Shown piece by piece: positions 37,520-49,700 of a DNA stretch of 64,000 nucleotides (positions within the stretch are counted from its first letter, which is position 1; the number at the start of each line of letters is the position of its first letter). Below the pieces are notes generated by a model. That model was given only the letters and a program-made list of their open reading frames with translations, had not been told where the DNA came from and ran no database searches. The stretch comes from Camelus dromedarius (lineage: Eukaryota). The stretch spans positions 92,568,001-92,632,000 of the forward strand of contig NC_087437.1 in NCBI RefSeq assembly GCF_036321535.1, written 5' to 3'. The translations under genes and the position numbers were made by a program.

Positions 37520-38110
37520 GAAGTCAAACACAAATACAGGGTTTGAAGCTAAGATGATTTTTTTTTTCTGCCATTCATTGAAATATGGACTTCAGGAGAG
37601 AGAGCAAATAAACATAAGTAGATGATAAATTCATATTTTGACATGCTGAGTTGAAGATGCTAGAGAGCTACTTGGGAATGCCCATTAGACAATTAGAAAT
37701 ATTAGCCTAGATACAAGGAGAATGGGGAAAAGCTGAAATGCAGATTGGATATTTGTTGATAGAAAATGGTTGAGAGAACCAGGAATAGATCATTGTAGAA
37801 GAAAATGAAAAAAAGAAAAAAGAAGAGAGAAAAGAAAAGAAAGAAACATGTAAAATTGGACAAAGTCCATTAACAGACTTATATAAGAGGGCCTACAAAA
37901 TAGGGAGCAGGTCGACATGAGCATAGACAACAAACCATCACCAATGACAATAAAGCAGAGAAGTTAATCAGGATAAAAAAATGAAGACAGACCATTATTT
38001 CTTATATGTGAGGAAACACTGATGGATTTTATGAGAAAGATGTCAACAGTATGCTTGAATATATAAAAGCAGGATTAAAGATCCAAATGTCAAGTTAACT
38101 ATTTAAGACT
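37520..38110 (-). mobile_element. Decayed LINE-2
   Basis: gatgataaattcatattttgacatgctgagttgaagatgct...aggataaaaaatgaagacagaccatt. Confidence 0.6.
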
Positions 38111-38159
38111 TCCTTCTTCTGGAAGTCCTATAATGCAACACTACTTTGTGAAATCTCTG

Positions 38160-38641
38160 TGTGGCAGACAGATGCACTATGGTCACATTTTACAGCTCCT
38201 CTAATCAAGGGATAGAGTCTCAAAGTGTATGTCCCTACCCTTTAAATCCAGTCTGGATTTGCAACTTTCTTAGGCTAATAGAATGTTGCATATATGGCAC
38301 TGCACAAGTTCAAAGTGCAAGACTCAATAGTTTCTTGCAGCTTCTACAAATGCTGCTCATGGGAGCCTTACAAATAATGTATAAGCAAGCACAGAGCATT
38401 CTGCTGGGAAATGAAAGACTCTGGGGAGAGAGACTCCAGCCATCTCAGCCATTCCACATAAGGTACGTAAGCCAAGCAGCTAAAAGTAACATCATCTGAA
38501 AACTATGTGAGTTCAGATAAACCTGGCTTATAGCAGAATAACACTCAAAATTCCTAGCCCACAGAATCATGAGTTAAATGAACTGTTCCTGTTTTAAGCC
38601 ATTAAGTTTGGGTTAGTTTGCTATATAATATATAACTTACA
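38160..38641 (+). mobile_element. MaLR solo LTR (MLT1G/H-like)
   Basis: tgtggcaga...cccacagaatcatgag...tgttttaagccattaagtttgggttagtttgctat...ttaca. Confidence 0.8.
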
Positions 38642-39039
38642 TATTTGCAATGAAATTGTTTTAATATATAATTTGTCCAATTTTCTAATTGTTCCTAGTA
38701 GGGAATAGGTCCTAGTCACCCGGTCCCCTATCACCAGAAGAGGAAATCACTGAAAAACATTAATATTAAATGTTTAATCTTGAAAGATTAAAAACATCTT
38801 TGAATAGAAAGTTTTTTGAAGTTAAAAAATAAAGTTAGAATAACTAGGTACAGAATGTGTCAACTCACAACAAATTGTACTAATCTCCATAAATTCTTGA
38901 ACCTTAGTGACTAGCAATCTCAAATCCTCTAAATCACTAAACAAAAACTTCATATATCTACTTTACATAAGCACATGTACAAAGTACAATTGTGTGATTT
39001 CTTTTGAGTTTCAAAGTCATTGTTAAAATGCTGGAATGA

Positions 39040-39074
<35 letters not shown>

Positions 39075-39082
39075 TATATATA
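39040..39082. repeat. (TA)n(CA)n(TA)n microsatellite
   Basis: Directly visible. Confidence 0.95.
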
Positions 39083-42000
39083 AATTACTTTAAAAAGTTT
39101 AGAAAAAAATCATGAAATAGAAAAGATGAAAAAAATAGACCAAAACCCATAATGGTCATCTTATATCACAAATAACCTAATGACCCATATATCACTCAGC
39201 ATAAGGAAAAATAAATAATAAAAACACAAGAAGAGAACTTGTAAAAACTAAAAAAAGCTTTGCTAGTATGTTGTCAGAAGTATGTTAGATGGGAAAAAGG
39301 TATTTGTTGTTGACTTTGGGGACAGTCATAAAAATGGCACAATAGCACAAAGTCAATCATAATAAAGTGAGAAAAAAAAGTAGTCTTTAAGTAAGAAATA
39401 GTGAGAAATTTTCTTCCCTTTTTCCACAAGAGACTGCAATGATAAATGCCCAGAAAAACAATAAAAATGTTTCTTTCTTTGAATTAAGGAATATCTTCAT
39501 TTAAAAAAAAAAGATGTAGAGAAGGATCTACTGGAAGAAAAAATCAAAATGAGCAGTTGTAGAAACACAGAATATTAATTATGCCAAATGACAAGTGCCT
39601 CTTATTTTATCATAGTTTTTTAAATATTTTAATACTGCATGTTCAGTGTACACACTAACAATCCTAGGCTTTAAATACAGTAGGGATGAAAAGCAATGAG
39701 AATTAACAATACAGCTAGCTTGCCCACAGGAGGTAAAATTAAAATTCATAACTCTGACTCATTTTAACTTTAGTATAATTATACACAAATATGCGCTAGA
39801 AATGTGAATCTCATCCCACTGTATAACCTGCTATTGGTGAATGAGACACATCTAATGCTCATTTTTTGGACACCATATCAGAAACAGTAATTCATTGACT
39901 ACCCATATCACTTACAAGCTCTAATTTAGGTTGTAAGAACAACTGCTTCTGCTGTAATTAATTCTGGCCCGGGAGTTAATCAGGCATTCATCGTTACTGG
40001 TTCACTCCGTGATTAATATGCTCTTGTTTGTAAGGGCGGAAGAAGACAGCATGCCTGATTTGGACAGGTCAGAGCTTAAGGCTCTTTCAAGCTTGAAAAC
40101 AAACCAATAAAAAGGGTTTTGTTTTGTTTTATATGAAAATTATGGGGGAAATAGTTCTGAAAAGTGTATAAAAAGAAGAGAGACAAATCACACACACACA
40201 CACACAAAAAAAGCGCTTTAGATTTCAAGTGAAGGACTGAGAAGAAAGATATCCCTACAAATTATATGATAAAAGGAAAGAAAAGTGACACTAGTGTGTA
40301 GATGAGTTTGACTCTATTAATTGCCATATCTGAAAACATAAGCCTGTTCATAGAAATAATTAGGTCTAAAACATGGAGGTGGGGTGGGAGAGGGGCAGAA
40401 GCACTGTAATGGCTCCTCATAGTTTTTAATGTTTGAAGGATGCCAACAAAGTTATGTTGAAAGGTGAGTTATTCCATTCATCCTGCTAGCTAACTCACAT
40501 GTGGGCTTCACTAAGAAATCCTGCTGAATATAGCTAGAAGTTTTCAAATGAAATCAAAGCAAATTAATTCTCACAGGGTGGTAATTTTTCTTTGCATTTA
40601 TTTTCCCCAGCATAATACTCTTCGCATCAAACACTTCGGAGACATGCCTATTGAGGGCTGTAATGTATTCTCACATCACAAGACAGTTAGTACATGTAGA
40701 TAGATGTGAGTTCACAGAGATCATATATTTATTTCACTAATGATCTGTCAACTTCTCTCCCTATTGTAATAAATGGCTAAGTGGTTACCTAAGCAACAAA
40801 CTAGAGATTTTTTTCAGGAAGGGTGTGACCACCTTGTCCATTTTAAAGAAATCTGGAAGCAAATATATTACTCCAGGTTTAATATAATCCTAATAACAGA
40901 TCAATTAACAAGTGATTACCTGCTATACATAGCTCTTATTGCCTCATTAATTTTTTGAAAAATGCTTGGGGAACAAAATATCTTTTTCTATTTGTTACTG
41001 TTATAAAAGTAGTCAATTAACTTTTAAATCACTCATTAGAAGTAATTTAATGTTATCATCCAGAGGTTGTATTATAGTTGCTAGTATTTTCAATGTATTA
41101 ATCAAGGTATCCGTATAATCCCAGGGATGGTTCAATTTCTTTGTGATTTATGCTGTGTCCAACAAATGCCAATAGCGTACAAGTGAATCATAACTGTCTT
41201 GAAATATTCTTCACCAGATTGATTAGGATGTTTAGTTAATATGTTTAGTTAATATGCATTATGGAATCAAAAGAATTCAGCCACTATTCAAATTCTAGGT
41301 AATTTGATTAACATCAAAACTATGAAAGAAAGCTAACAACTCTTGGGAAAGAGGAAATCGATCATGTCCAGGAAAGCTTCAACATGAGTCACGTGATTAA
41401 GGTGTATTTAAAGGTAACCATAAGCAACAGAACTAATACATATTGAAATTTCAAGCTTATTAACACAACCGATAGTTGAAAGGTAATGGAATTCATAAGG
41501 AACAGGACAAACAAAAATAAATAAAGAAAATAAAACAAATTGATGGGTATCAGCCTATCTAATCCAAAACTGTATCAGAGTCACACTATTTCTGTATCAT
41601 TTTAAGTTACTCTTCATGCAAAGGGAACTTTTATCTTCTGTCCCAGTTTAGTCATGTCTTTTGCCTACCAGGATAGAATATAAATTTTACTCTGATGTTC
41701 CTTGGTCTAGTTAATATTTCATGTGAAATTCAAAGAGTGACATACTGTCTTTATGAAGTAAGTTTACATTATGTCAATTTGTGGATAATACTTTAAAATA
41801 ATAACTTCAGCCTGTGAGGAAACTAGATCTCAATCCCTACATTAGGATATTTGTCATTAGTATGAAAAATGAACTATAATACTGAACCATTGCTAACAAA
41901 TCATGTTGCTTCCCAACTAGCCTTAGCTCGAATTAATACCATAAGTTCTCTAAACGACGCCAGCCAAGAACATGCATCTATTACACCTTAAGACAATTAG

Positions 42001-44370
42001 TTTTATCTTTTTACCTTCTACTCAAATGTATTGAACAACTGGACAAAGGAAACAAAATAGAGTTTGTTTGTTAAACCGGTAAGAATAGAGTGTACTTTTT
42101 ATATAATTGCCATCTATAAAAATGGTAACATAATATGCAAACCTCAAATGAAAATTACTTTTAGTTACAGACGCTAAGCCTCAGTTGAACTATTCCCTTG
42201 TGTAGAAGTGCATTTTCCAGAGATTTAAGTGTAAAATCAAGCTTAGAAATGGCTGTAAGATATTCTTTTGCTTGATATGATAGTGTTTAAAATCAAGACT
42301 ATTAAAATAATAAAGTAAAATCCTTTAAAATAGAATAAGAAAATTAACGTAATTTGCTATACTATTTTAAGTAATTTATAAAACTCTTTTATACTTGAAA
42401 TTAGGAGAAATGTTAAGAAGGTATTTATTTAAGAAACTTTTATTATATTTGCAGTCAGATTTTACAAATTGATAGCAACCGTGGTTAAACTTCCACTTTA
42501 ACTTTGAAAAGTGGGCTGTGTTATATTCTGCAGTGTCTGTTGAGTGTTTTATTTGAGAATACTTAAAAATGAATTATTTTATGAATGGATATGTGAGGAA
42601 TCTCCTCCTTTGCAATAAATAACCAGATAATAAGCAAAAATGTATTTAATAAACATTTAAATAATGATACTATCACAGCTTTCTAGAACTAAGACTACTG
42701 ATACAAAATTGTTTCATTATTTCTAAAACATAAAAAACATTTTTTTAGGACAAATCACTTCCTGTTTAATATACCTCCTTTTGTTATAAAGACGGTCACC
42801 TTCTGTATATCTGATGTTCAGAAGTTGCATCTGTCTTGAAAGAGACATTAAACAAAAATAATCATCATAAAGAAAATTGATAATAGATTTGTAAATACAT
42901 GGAAGGACACAAATATAGCCTAGTTCCATGTTTAAATTCAAAGAAAAGGCTGGACCTACAATAGCGAAATTTCATGGATTCCTTAAATCATGCAAAATCC
43001 TGGTCTCATAAAAGAGAGCACAAAGAATTCCATTATATCATATGCACATCTTTAACTTTTCCATTTTCAAAGTAGGCTTAGAAAGAACAAAGGACTTAGA
43101 ACTGTTCAATGACATTATGCTAGAAGAAGTACTGTACTCGGGGTTCCATTCTGCCATCTCAAAGGGATTTTTTTTTAGCTGTCAGAGTGCTTTTTAGCCT
43201 GTAGATAGTGTATGAGCAGGGAGAATTCTGTTTGTTCTTTTAAAACTAGTCCAAAACATTTCAGTCTTTGTGAAAATTTCTTGAAGCTTAAATGGGAAAT
43301 AAATTCAAAGTCAAATTCCCTATTAAGCCATCCATGTTACTTGTTTCTTATTCCAAAGGGAACAGTATATCATAGTTCTACTGAGACTAAAGTAAGCTCA
43401 ATATAAAAATGGGAATAAACTGTAGAAAAGTCTTTGATTTTACCTGAAAGTCAAACAGATCTTGAAGTTATACAAGGACACTTCTAGTTTTTTCTTTTAT
43501 TTTTAAGGTTATAAAAATGTTAGTGTTGCCTATTTTACTGGCCATGTCTTATTTAAAAATCACCTTATAGGGAAAAAATGAAAAGCTACATATATATTTA
43601 TATATGTTTATATAAGTGTGTGTATATAAATTTGGAGACCTGTGGAAAACAGAGACAAACAAAAAATTTTTGCTATTCATTTATGAAACATTTCATTGAA
43701 ATATTACCATTTTTTAATTGTTGGAAAAAGATTTGGTGAGATAATAGAGTTATTGGGTTCATAGATTTGACTTCAAATAACAAAAATCTTATACTTTTGA
43801 CATGCTTAATGTATCAAAGACTCAATATTTAGTGTGGTCTACTAGCTAAGGTACTGTGTGTGACACTGGATTTTTAGAATTTTTAGAGATTTTATAATCA
43901 AATACTATATAAAGAAAATAAAACTAAAAGAGGTTAATCTGACAGAAATTTGATACATTATTTCTGGTCATGCTATATTTCATTGTATTCAATAGTGATA
44001 ACGCTACAGTTTGTATCACCTACCTCTGAACAGCTTTGGACATTCTTCTGAATAAAGCAAATTAATGTATTTTCCATAAATTACCTGACACAATTTTAAA
44101 AATTGGCAAATGATAATTTTACAGGTCCTAGATGAAGGCCATGGCATTTATCCCCAAGGGAGGAGTATTAGCATATGATTCTGAGATGGAAAGAGTTCAG
44201 TGCAACATCAAGTTTCAAATACAGGAATGTGAACATTATCTGAAAGGAGGTAAAGTTTCCAAATAATTAATTTTTATTGTATAAGTATTTTCTCTTAGAA
44301 AGGTAGTATTAAAGTATTTTAATGGTATCATTCATGCTTCATCACAATTTTACCCATTTCTAATACTTAT

Positions 44371-44408
<38 letters not shown>
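44371..44408. repeat. (TC)n(CA)n microsatellite
   Basis: Directly visible. Confidence 0.95.
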
Positions 44409-44947
44409 CCACCTCGTGACAGCAGAAGTCAGTGTTTTGTATGTTTCTAAGAGCAGTTTGTCATTTTTAAATCTCTTTAAATCTTTAAAATACTTTTAAA
44501 GATATTACCATTTTACTTAATAACTTTTTAATCATATACCATCTAAACATTCACAAAACATTCAAAAGAATATTTATAACAGATAAGTAATTTATAAGTA
44601 TAACAACAAAATGAGCACTTACCAATTACCACCCAACACAAGAATGAGAACTTTCATCACCTACATATTCTCTCCTGAGTCCAGAACCCAATCCTCCCAT
44701 GCTAGGAGCAAGTCCACTGCTCAACTTTCCAAGATAATTCCAAAGTAATTTTCAAACCAACTGAACCAATTTAAACTTCCAAAGAAAATGGACTCTACTT
44801 TATCTACCTCTACATCAGCACTTGTTATTTTCAGATGATTAGATGATTATACTTTTCCTGTAAATTGATCTGCATTTTCCTGATGACTAATCAGACTAAA
44901 TACATACATCTTAGCCAAATGTCTTTCAAATTCTGCAAAATACATGT

Positions 44948-45530
44948 TGTATTAGTTATCTATAGCTGTTTAACAACTTACCATCAACTTAATTAAAACA
45001 AAATCACAATTATGATCTCATAGTTCCCATGGGTCAGGAATTTAGGCATGACTAAGCTGGTTCCTCTATTTAGAGTCTCACAAGGGTATGATCAAAATGA
45101 TGGTCAGATTGAATATTCACCTGGACACTCGAAACTAGGTAAGAATCCATTTTCAAGTTTGTCCAGATGTTCGGCAGACTTCATTTTGCTTCTTTATGTC
45201 TGAGGCCCTGGGTTCCTTGGTGATTGTCAGCTAGAAGACATCTGCAGTCTATAGACGTTACCCCAGCTGCCAACGTTTATTTGCCATAAGGACTTACCCA
45301 AAAGGGTAGTTTACTTCATCAAACGTGCAAGAAGAGTCTCTAGCACAAGTCTGTTAGCAAAACAGTCTTATGTAACATAATCCTGGGAGTGACATTCCAT
45401 CACCTAATATTCTGTTGGTTAGAAGCCAGCCACTGGTCCTGCCCACACTCAAGAGGAGGGGTTATACAAATGGTTGGATACCAGTAGGCAGGAATCATGG
45501 TGGGGCCCACCCCAGCATCTGTCTGCCACA
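44948..45530 (-). mobile_element. MaLR solo LTR (MLT1E/F-like)
   Basis: tgtattagttatctatagctg...ggtcctgcccacactcaagaggagggg...tctgccaca; TSD catgt/tctgt. Confidence 0.88.
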
Positions 45531-45759
45531 TCTGTTTATGCCATTAGTCTATTATTTTATTTGGTATTTTTCTTCTTAGCAATAAACATATATATATGAG
45601 AGAGAAAGAGTGACGAGGTTATTTTGTCAGTTATGTATGTTGCATATATTTTTCTCTGAGCATGTGACTTGCCTTTTTACTTCTTTATAAGAAGTAAATG
45701 TTCTCAATTTTAATGGAATCAAATTTATCAATTGTGTTTCTATAGTTATTGCTCTTCAT

Positions 45760-45877
45760 AAAAAATGTGACAATGAATATATATGTATGTTCATGCATAA
45801 CTGAAAAATTGTGCTCCACACTGGAATTGGACACAACATTGTAAAATGACTGTAACTCAATAAAAAATGTTAAAAAC
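45760..45877 (+). mobile_element. Young, extremely 5'-truncated L1 tail (camelid-type)
   Basis: gacaatgaatatatatgtatgttcatgcataactgaaaaattgtgctccacactggaattggacacaacattgtaaaatgactgtaactcaataaaaaa; homologous to 62131-62226. Confidence 0.85.
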
Positions 45878-46699
45878 ATTTTTTTCTAAAAAATCTAAAG
45901 TTTCACACTTCACTTTTAATTGAATTGATATGTTTTTGGAGTTTATCATCTGTTCTGTGGGTCAGTATATGTATCCACTGAACCTAATGCTACACTGTAT
46001 TACCATTATAAGAAGCCTTTATCAGATAAGGCAAACCCTCCCTTCTTGTTCTTAAGAGTGATGAGGTTATTGTTAGCCTTTTTCTCTTTAATATACATCT
46101 TAGAATTAATATCTTGTTAATATCCACAAATAATCTTTTAACATTTTAATTGGGTTACATCAAATCTATAGGTCAAATGGGAAGATATAAAAATTTTATG
46201 TTGAGTCTTTTCACAAACATGTGATACTACTTCATTTCTTTAAGTTTTCTTTTATGTCTTTCAACACAATTTTATAATTTTTTACTCAGTCTTTGGTATT
46301 TTTCAGTTTTTATTCAAGGTAACATAATTTTGTTACTATGGTAAACTGGGTTTTTGGTTAATTGTGTTTTTTCTGCTGTTGTTCTTGTACTGGTGAATAG
46401 AAATGTTACAATGTATTTGTATGCACTGATGTGCTGATTTATAGCCAAACATTTGGCTACACTCCCTTATTATATCTAATAATTTGTAAATTCTTTTGGT
46501 TTCACTATGTAGAGGGTCATACCATTTCCAAATAATAGCACTCTGATCTGTTCTTTCCAATGCTTACCCTATTGATTTGTTTCATCTTACTACAGTATCT
46601 GGCATAGTGTTAGATAGAAATGCAGGTATTTGGTACCTTGTTGTTTTCCTGATTTTTCAGGGAGTCCTACTGGCATCTCTCTTGTTAAGAATGATGTCT

Positions 46700-47065
46700 C
46701 TTCTATTCCCTTTCCATCATTTCCCTTCCATTTTTGGTGAAACTGACCAAGGAAGATGTTTCCTCAGGTGAGTGGGTGAGGGAAGCTGTTGGCACAGTGG
46801 CCCAAAGTGGACTGCCAGAGGTCTTCCATAGTGAGAAGGTGTTCATAGTGGTGAAGTCTGAAATTGGGTTTTGGAGCCCCATGGTGGTGAGTAGAGCATC
46901 TTCACAAAGGTGTGGACCCCTGTAGGGTGTTGGAACCCATGTGGAGGTGAAGAAGCCATAGGAAGCCAGGTATGAGATATCACAACTCACGCTGGGTGAG
47001 AATGGTATCCATGTGGAACAGGGTTGAAATGCTGACTTTTGGAATCCTGTCAGGGACCTCTTCCA
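46700..47065 (-). repeat. Degenerate ~55-bp tandem repeat, probably part of an ancient LINE-related element
   Basis: Recurrent gtgag(a/t)...cat...gg units near 46830, 46888, 46947, 46996. Confidence 0.45.
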
Positions 47066-47535
47066 CAGTGAATAGGGTTGACTTATGTTATCCATAGGAT
47101 ATTATGGAACTGATGGAATGTGACACCTGAAACAAAATCATTAAGACATTGAAGCTTCTGTCTTGTTATCTTGAATGAATTGCTCTGGAGCAAGTCAACT
47201 TCAGTACCGTGAAGACACTTAAGCTAGTCTATGGAGATGTCCACATGGAAAGGCACTAAGGCCTCCTGCCAACATCCACCAAGGAAGGAATGTTGCCTGC
47301 CAAGAGTCATGTGTGTTGAGCCATTTAGGAGTGGATCCTCCAGGCCCAGTCAAACCTTCAGAAGACTGTAGCCCCAGGCAGCTTCTTGACTACATCTTGA
47401 GAGTTCTTAATCCAGAACCATCCAATGAAGTGACCTCTGAATTCCTTACCCACAGAAAATCTGAGCTCATAAATGTTTGTTGTTTTAAGCTGCTAAGTTT
47501 GGAGGTAAGTTATTATACACCTTTAAAATAGGTTA
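47066..47535 (+). mobile_element. MaLR LTR, 5'-clipped (MLT1F-like)
   Basis: gtggatcctccaggcccagtcaaaccttcagaagactgtagcccc...cccacagaaaatctgag...ttgttttaagctgctaagtttgg. Confidence 0.85.
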
Positions 47536-48297
47536 ACAAATACGAAAAAAAAAAAAAAGAAAAAAGAATGAGATATTAACCACCCTCATTCAATGAAATC
47601 CAAATTTATACAACAACGGCATTGGATTTTTGACCATCATATTGCACATTGGAATATGAAGGGTGTACCTAAATAGACATTTACACGCATTGCTGATGGA
47701 GATAAGCCATAAAATCCTCTGACGGAAAAGCCGTAATACATGGATACTGACTTGTGGTTCAACTGGAACTTTTAGTCCACGTGTTAAAGTTTCTCCCTTT
47801 ATCATCAAAATGCCAATTAGAACAGGGATCACAAGGCTCTAACTAACTTCAATCTGCTGCAACAAAAATAAAAAAGAAAATATTCAGAAGCAATGAAGAC
47901 CCCTTCCAGATAGACACATACAGCGGAAGCTCCCCCCTTGCTTCCCTCAGGCAACCAGACCTTTAGTGCGGCAAATTAAGACTGCAGCAAATCTGAACTT
48001 TCTCTTCTCCTTTCATCATGGACACAGTTGAACAGGGACTCACGCAGTCTTGGAGCCAATTTATCTTAACGCCATTTCTGAACCTAGGCCTCCCCTGATC
48101 TCTTAAGTATGAGCAAACAGAGACAGACTTAAGACGCATAAACAGAGCCAATCTGAGACACAAAACAAATGCTTCCCTGGGAGATAATTTTGTTTCACTT
48201 CAAGAACCAGAAGAAAACTTTAGAAAATCTATGACATTTGTTGGTTTTCCACCTCCTTGGGAGCTTCCCAGTTTTAATCTGAAATAGACCCCCCAAC

Positions 48298-48655
48298 TGT
48301 GGAGGGCAGAGAGAGATGGGAGAAAGAGTAGATCATTCCAGAGTGGCAAGTGGCAAGTTTAATAAGCAAGGGAACTTTTAAGTGAAGCAGTTGCAACGAT
48401 GAGCAGGTCTCCACACCTGCCCACCAAATCTTAGAAGTTATGTAGAGCCTTCACTGGATTCAGTCGTGTATACCATCTAGACTCAAAAACCACGTTATTA
48501 TCTCAAGGCTGTATCCTTGGGGCAGCTTCTGGGAATAGAGAGGCAAGAGAAACACACCTTCCAAGGGCAAGGGAGAGGGTAGGGAGTCTCCAATTGTCCC
48601 GGTCCAATTCTAAGGTCAACTAGCAGTCACATGTTCTCAATGATTTCCCCCAACA
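48298..48655 (-). mobile_element. ERV solo LTR (family unassigned)
   Basis: TG...CA ends (tgtggaggg / cccccaaca); minus-strand ATTAAA near 48360; no clear TSD. Confidence 0.65.
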
Positions 48656-48764
48656 CTCTATAATCAGTGACTTTATTGGCTTTAGCATCTTTTAGCAAAC
48701 AAAGAAACTGTCATGTGTTGGCCTTTCAAATTGCTAAATAATTTTAACTGTCATTGTCCTGTGT

Positions 48765-49060
48765 TAGGACAAGGGAAATAGAAACTCTCAAGCCATGTCA
48801 CTTGGAGAATAAACTGGTATGCTCATTCTGAAAGGAAATTTAAAATATAGAGTAAAACCTTTAAAATAACCATATTTCTTGATCCAATAACTGACCTTTC
48901 AGGAATTTATTATAAATTCATTAGTGAGGTACACTAAAATATATGTATAAGACACACTAAAATATAAATACAATATGTATTTATTGTAGAGTACTTAAAA
49001 CAGAAAAACAATAGAAAACTAACACTAGAGAATCAGTAAATAAATGATAGTATCAAAATG
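48765..49060 (+). mobile_element. Ancient L1 ORF2-end fragment
   Basis: gaaatagaaactctca...taaactggta...ttctgaaaggaaattt...ttgatccaataa...aggaatttat. Confidence 0.55.
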
Positions 49061-49089
49061 CCATAGAGATAATTTTCATTTGACTAAAA

Positions 49090-49700
49090 CTGTCCATAGT
49101 TTCATCCCAGCTTCTGAACGCAAAACCCTTGTTCTTTCAGTCTGCCAAATCACAATCCTAGTCCTCTACTAGTTGGCTAACCCCTTGGCATTTTCTAATC
49201 CCTTTCTAACCTGAGACTAAGGGAGTTTCAGCTGTTTTCCCTGAACCACACTGGAGTACTCAGGATTTTCTACAGAGACCCCGCTCTTGCCATGACTCAT
49301 ATGGCATTAGATACTGGGTCGTATATGAAAACTCACAGCTCGCACCGTTCTACCCTGGAAAGCCTTCTGCTCATGGTTCGACCACTCACATCCAGATTTT
49401 TAATGCTAGGAGGCAGCAACATTATTTGCTCTATTGTTATGCTCTTTAATATCCTGTCCTCTGCCAATTAGTTGTACTTACATCATATCTCAAGGGAAAG
49501 AGCTCTTAAAGGAATTACTCTATGCTTTGCTTTACAAACTCTCAGACTCTGCCTTGACAGAACCTAGGAATCCTATTCTGTCTCATCAAAGCCTGGTCCT
49601 TGCCAACAAAAGTTTTGTTCTCAAGATTGTAATACATTTCAAAATCCCATTTTGCTCTTCAGTTAACATAGTATTTTTAGGCTGTATATAAGCTCACATG
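49090..49700 (-). mobile_element. Possible MaLR internal-region remnant
   Basis: ccactcacatccaga and catatctcaagggaaagagctctt resemble recalled MLT-int sequence. Weak. Confidence 0.3.

Larger units (their letters stand above)
44530..46690 (-). mobile_element. Ancient antisense L1 (L1ME-like) fragments hosting two later insertions
   Basis: ctgcattttcctgatgactaat, gttctcaattttaatggaatcaaatttatcaat, caaatctataggtcaaatgggaaga are antisense ORF2-type motifs. Confidence 0.75.

Noticed and set aside
15268..41256. Short 13-bp tandem duplications (aaggtatgaata at ~15268, atgtttagttaat at 41228)
   Set aside because: Ordinary slippage events with no further structure.
30090..44255. Other plus-strand exon-like signals (acceptor at 30110; 44125-44249)
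   Set aside because: Weak or missing partner splice sites and no recognisable peptide.
46703..47095. 130-aa Ser/Thr/Pro-rich minus-strand ORF
   Set aside because: Spans a degenerate tandem repeat and an LTR edge; no splice or homology support.
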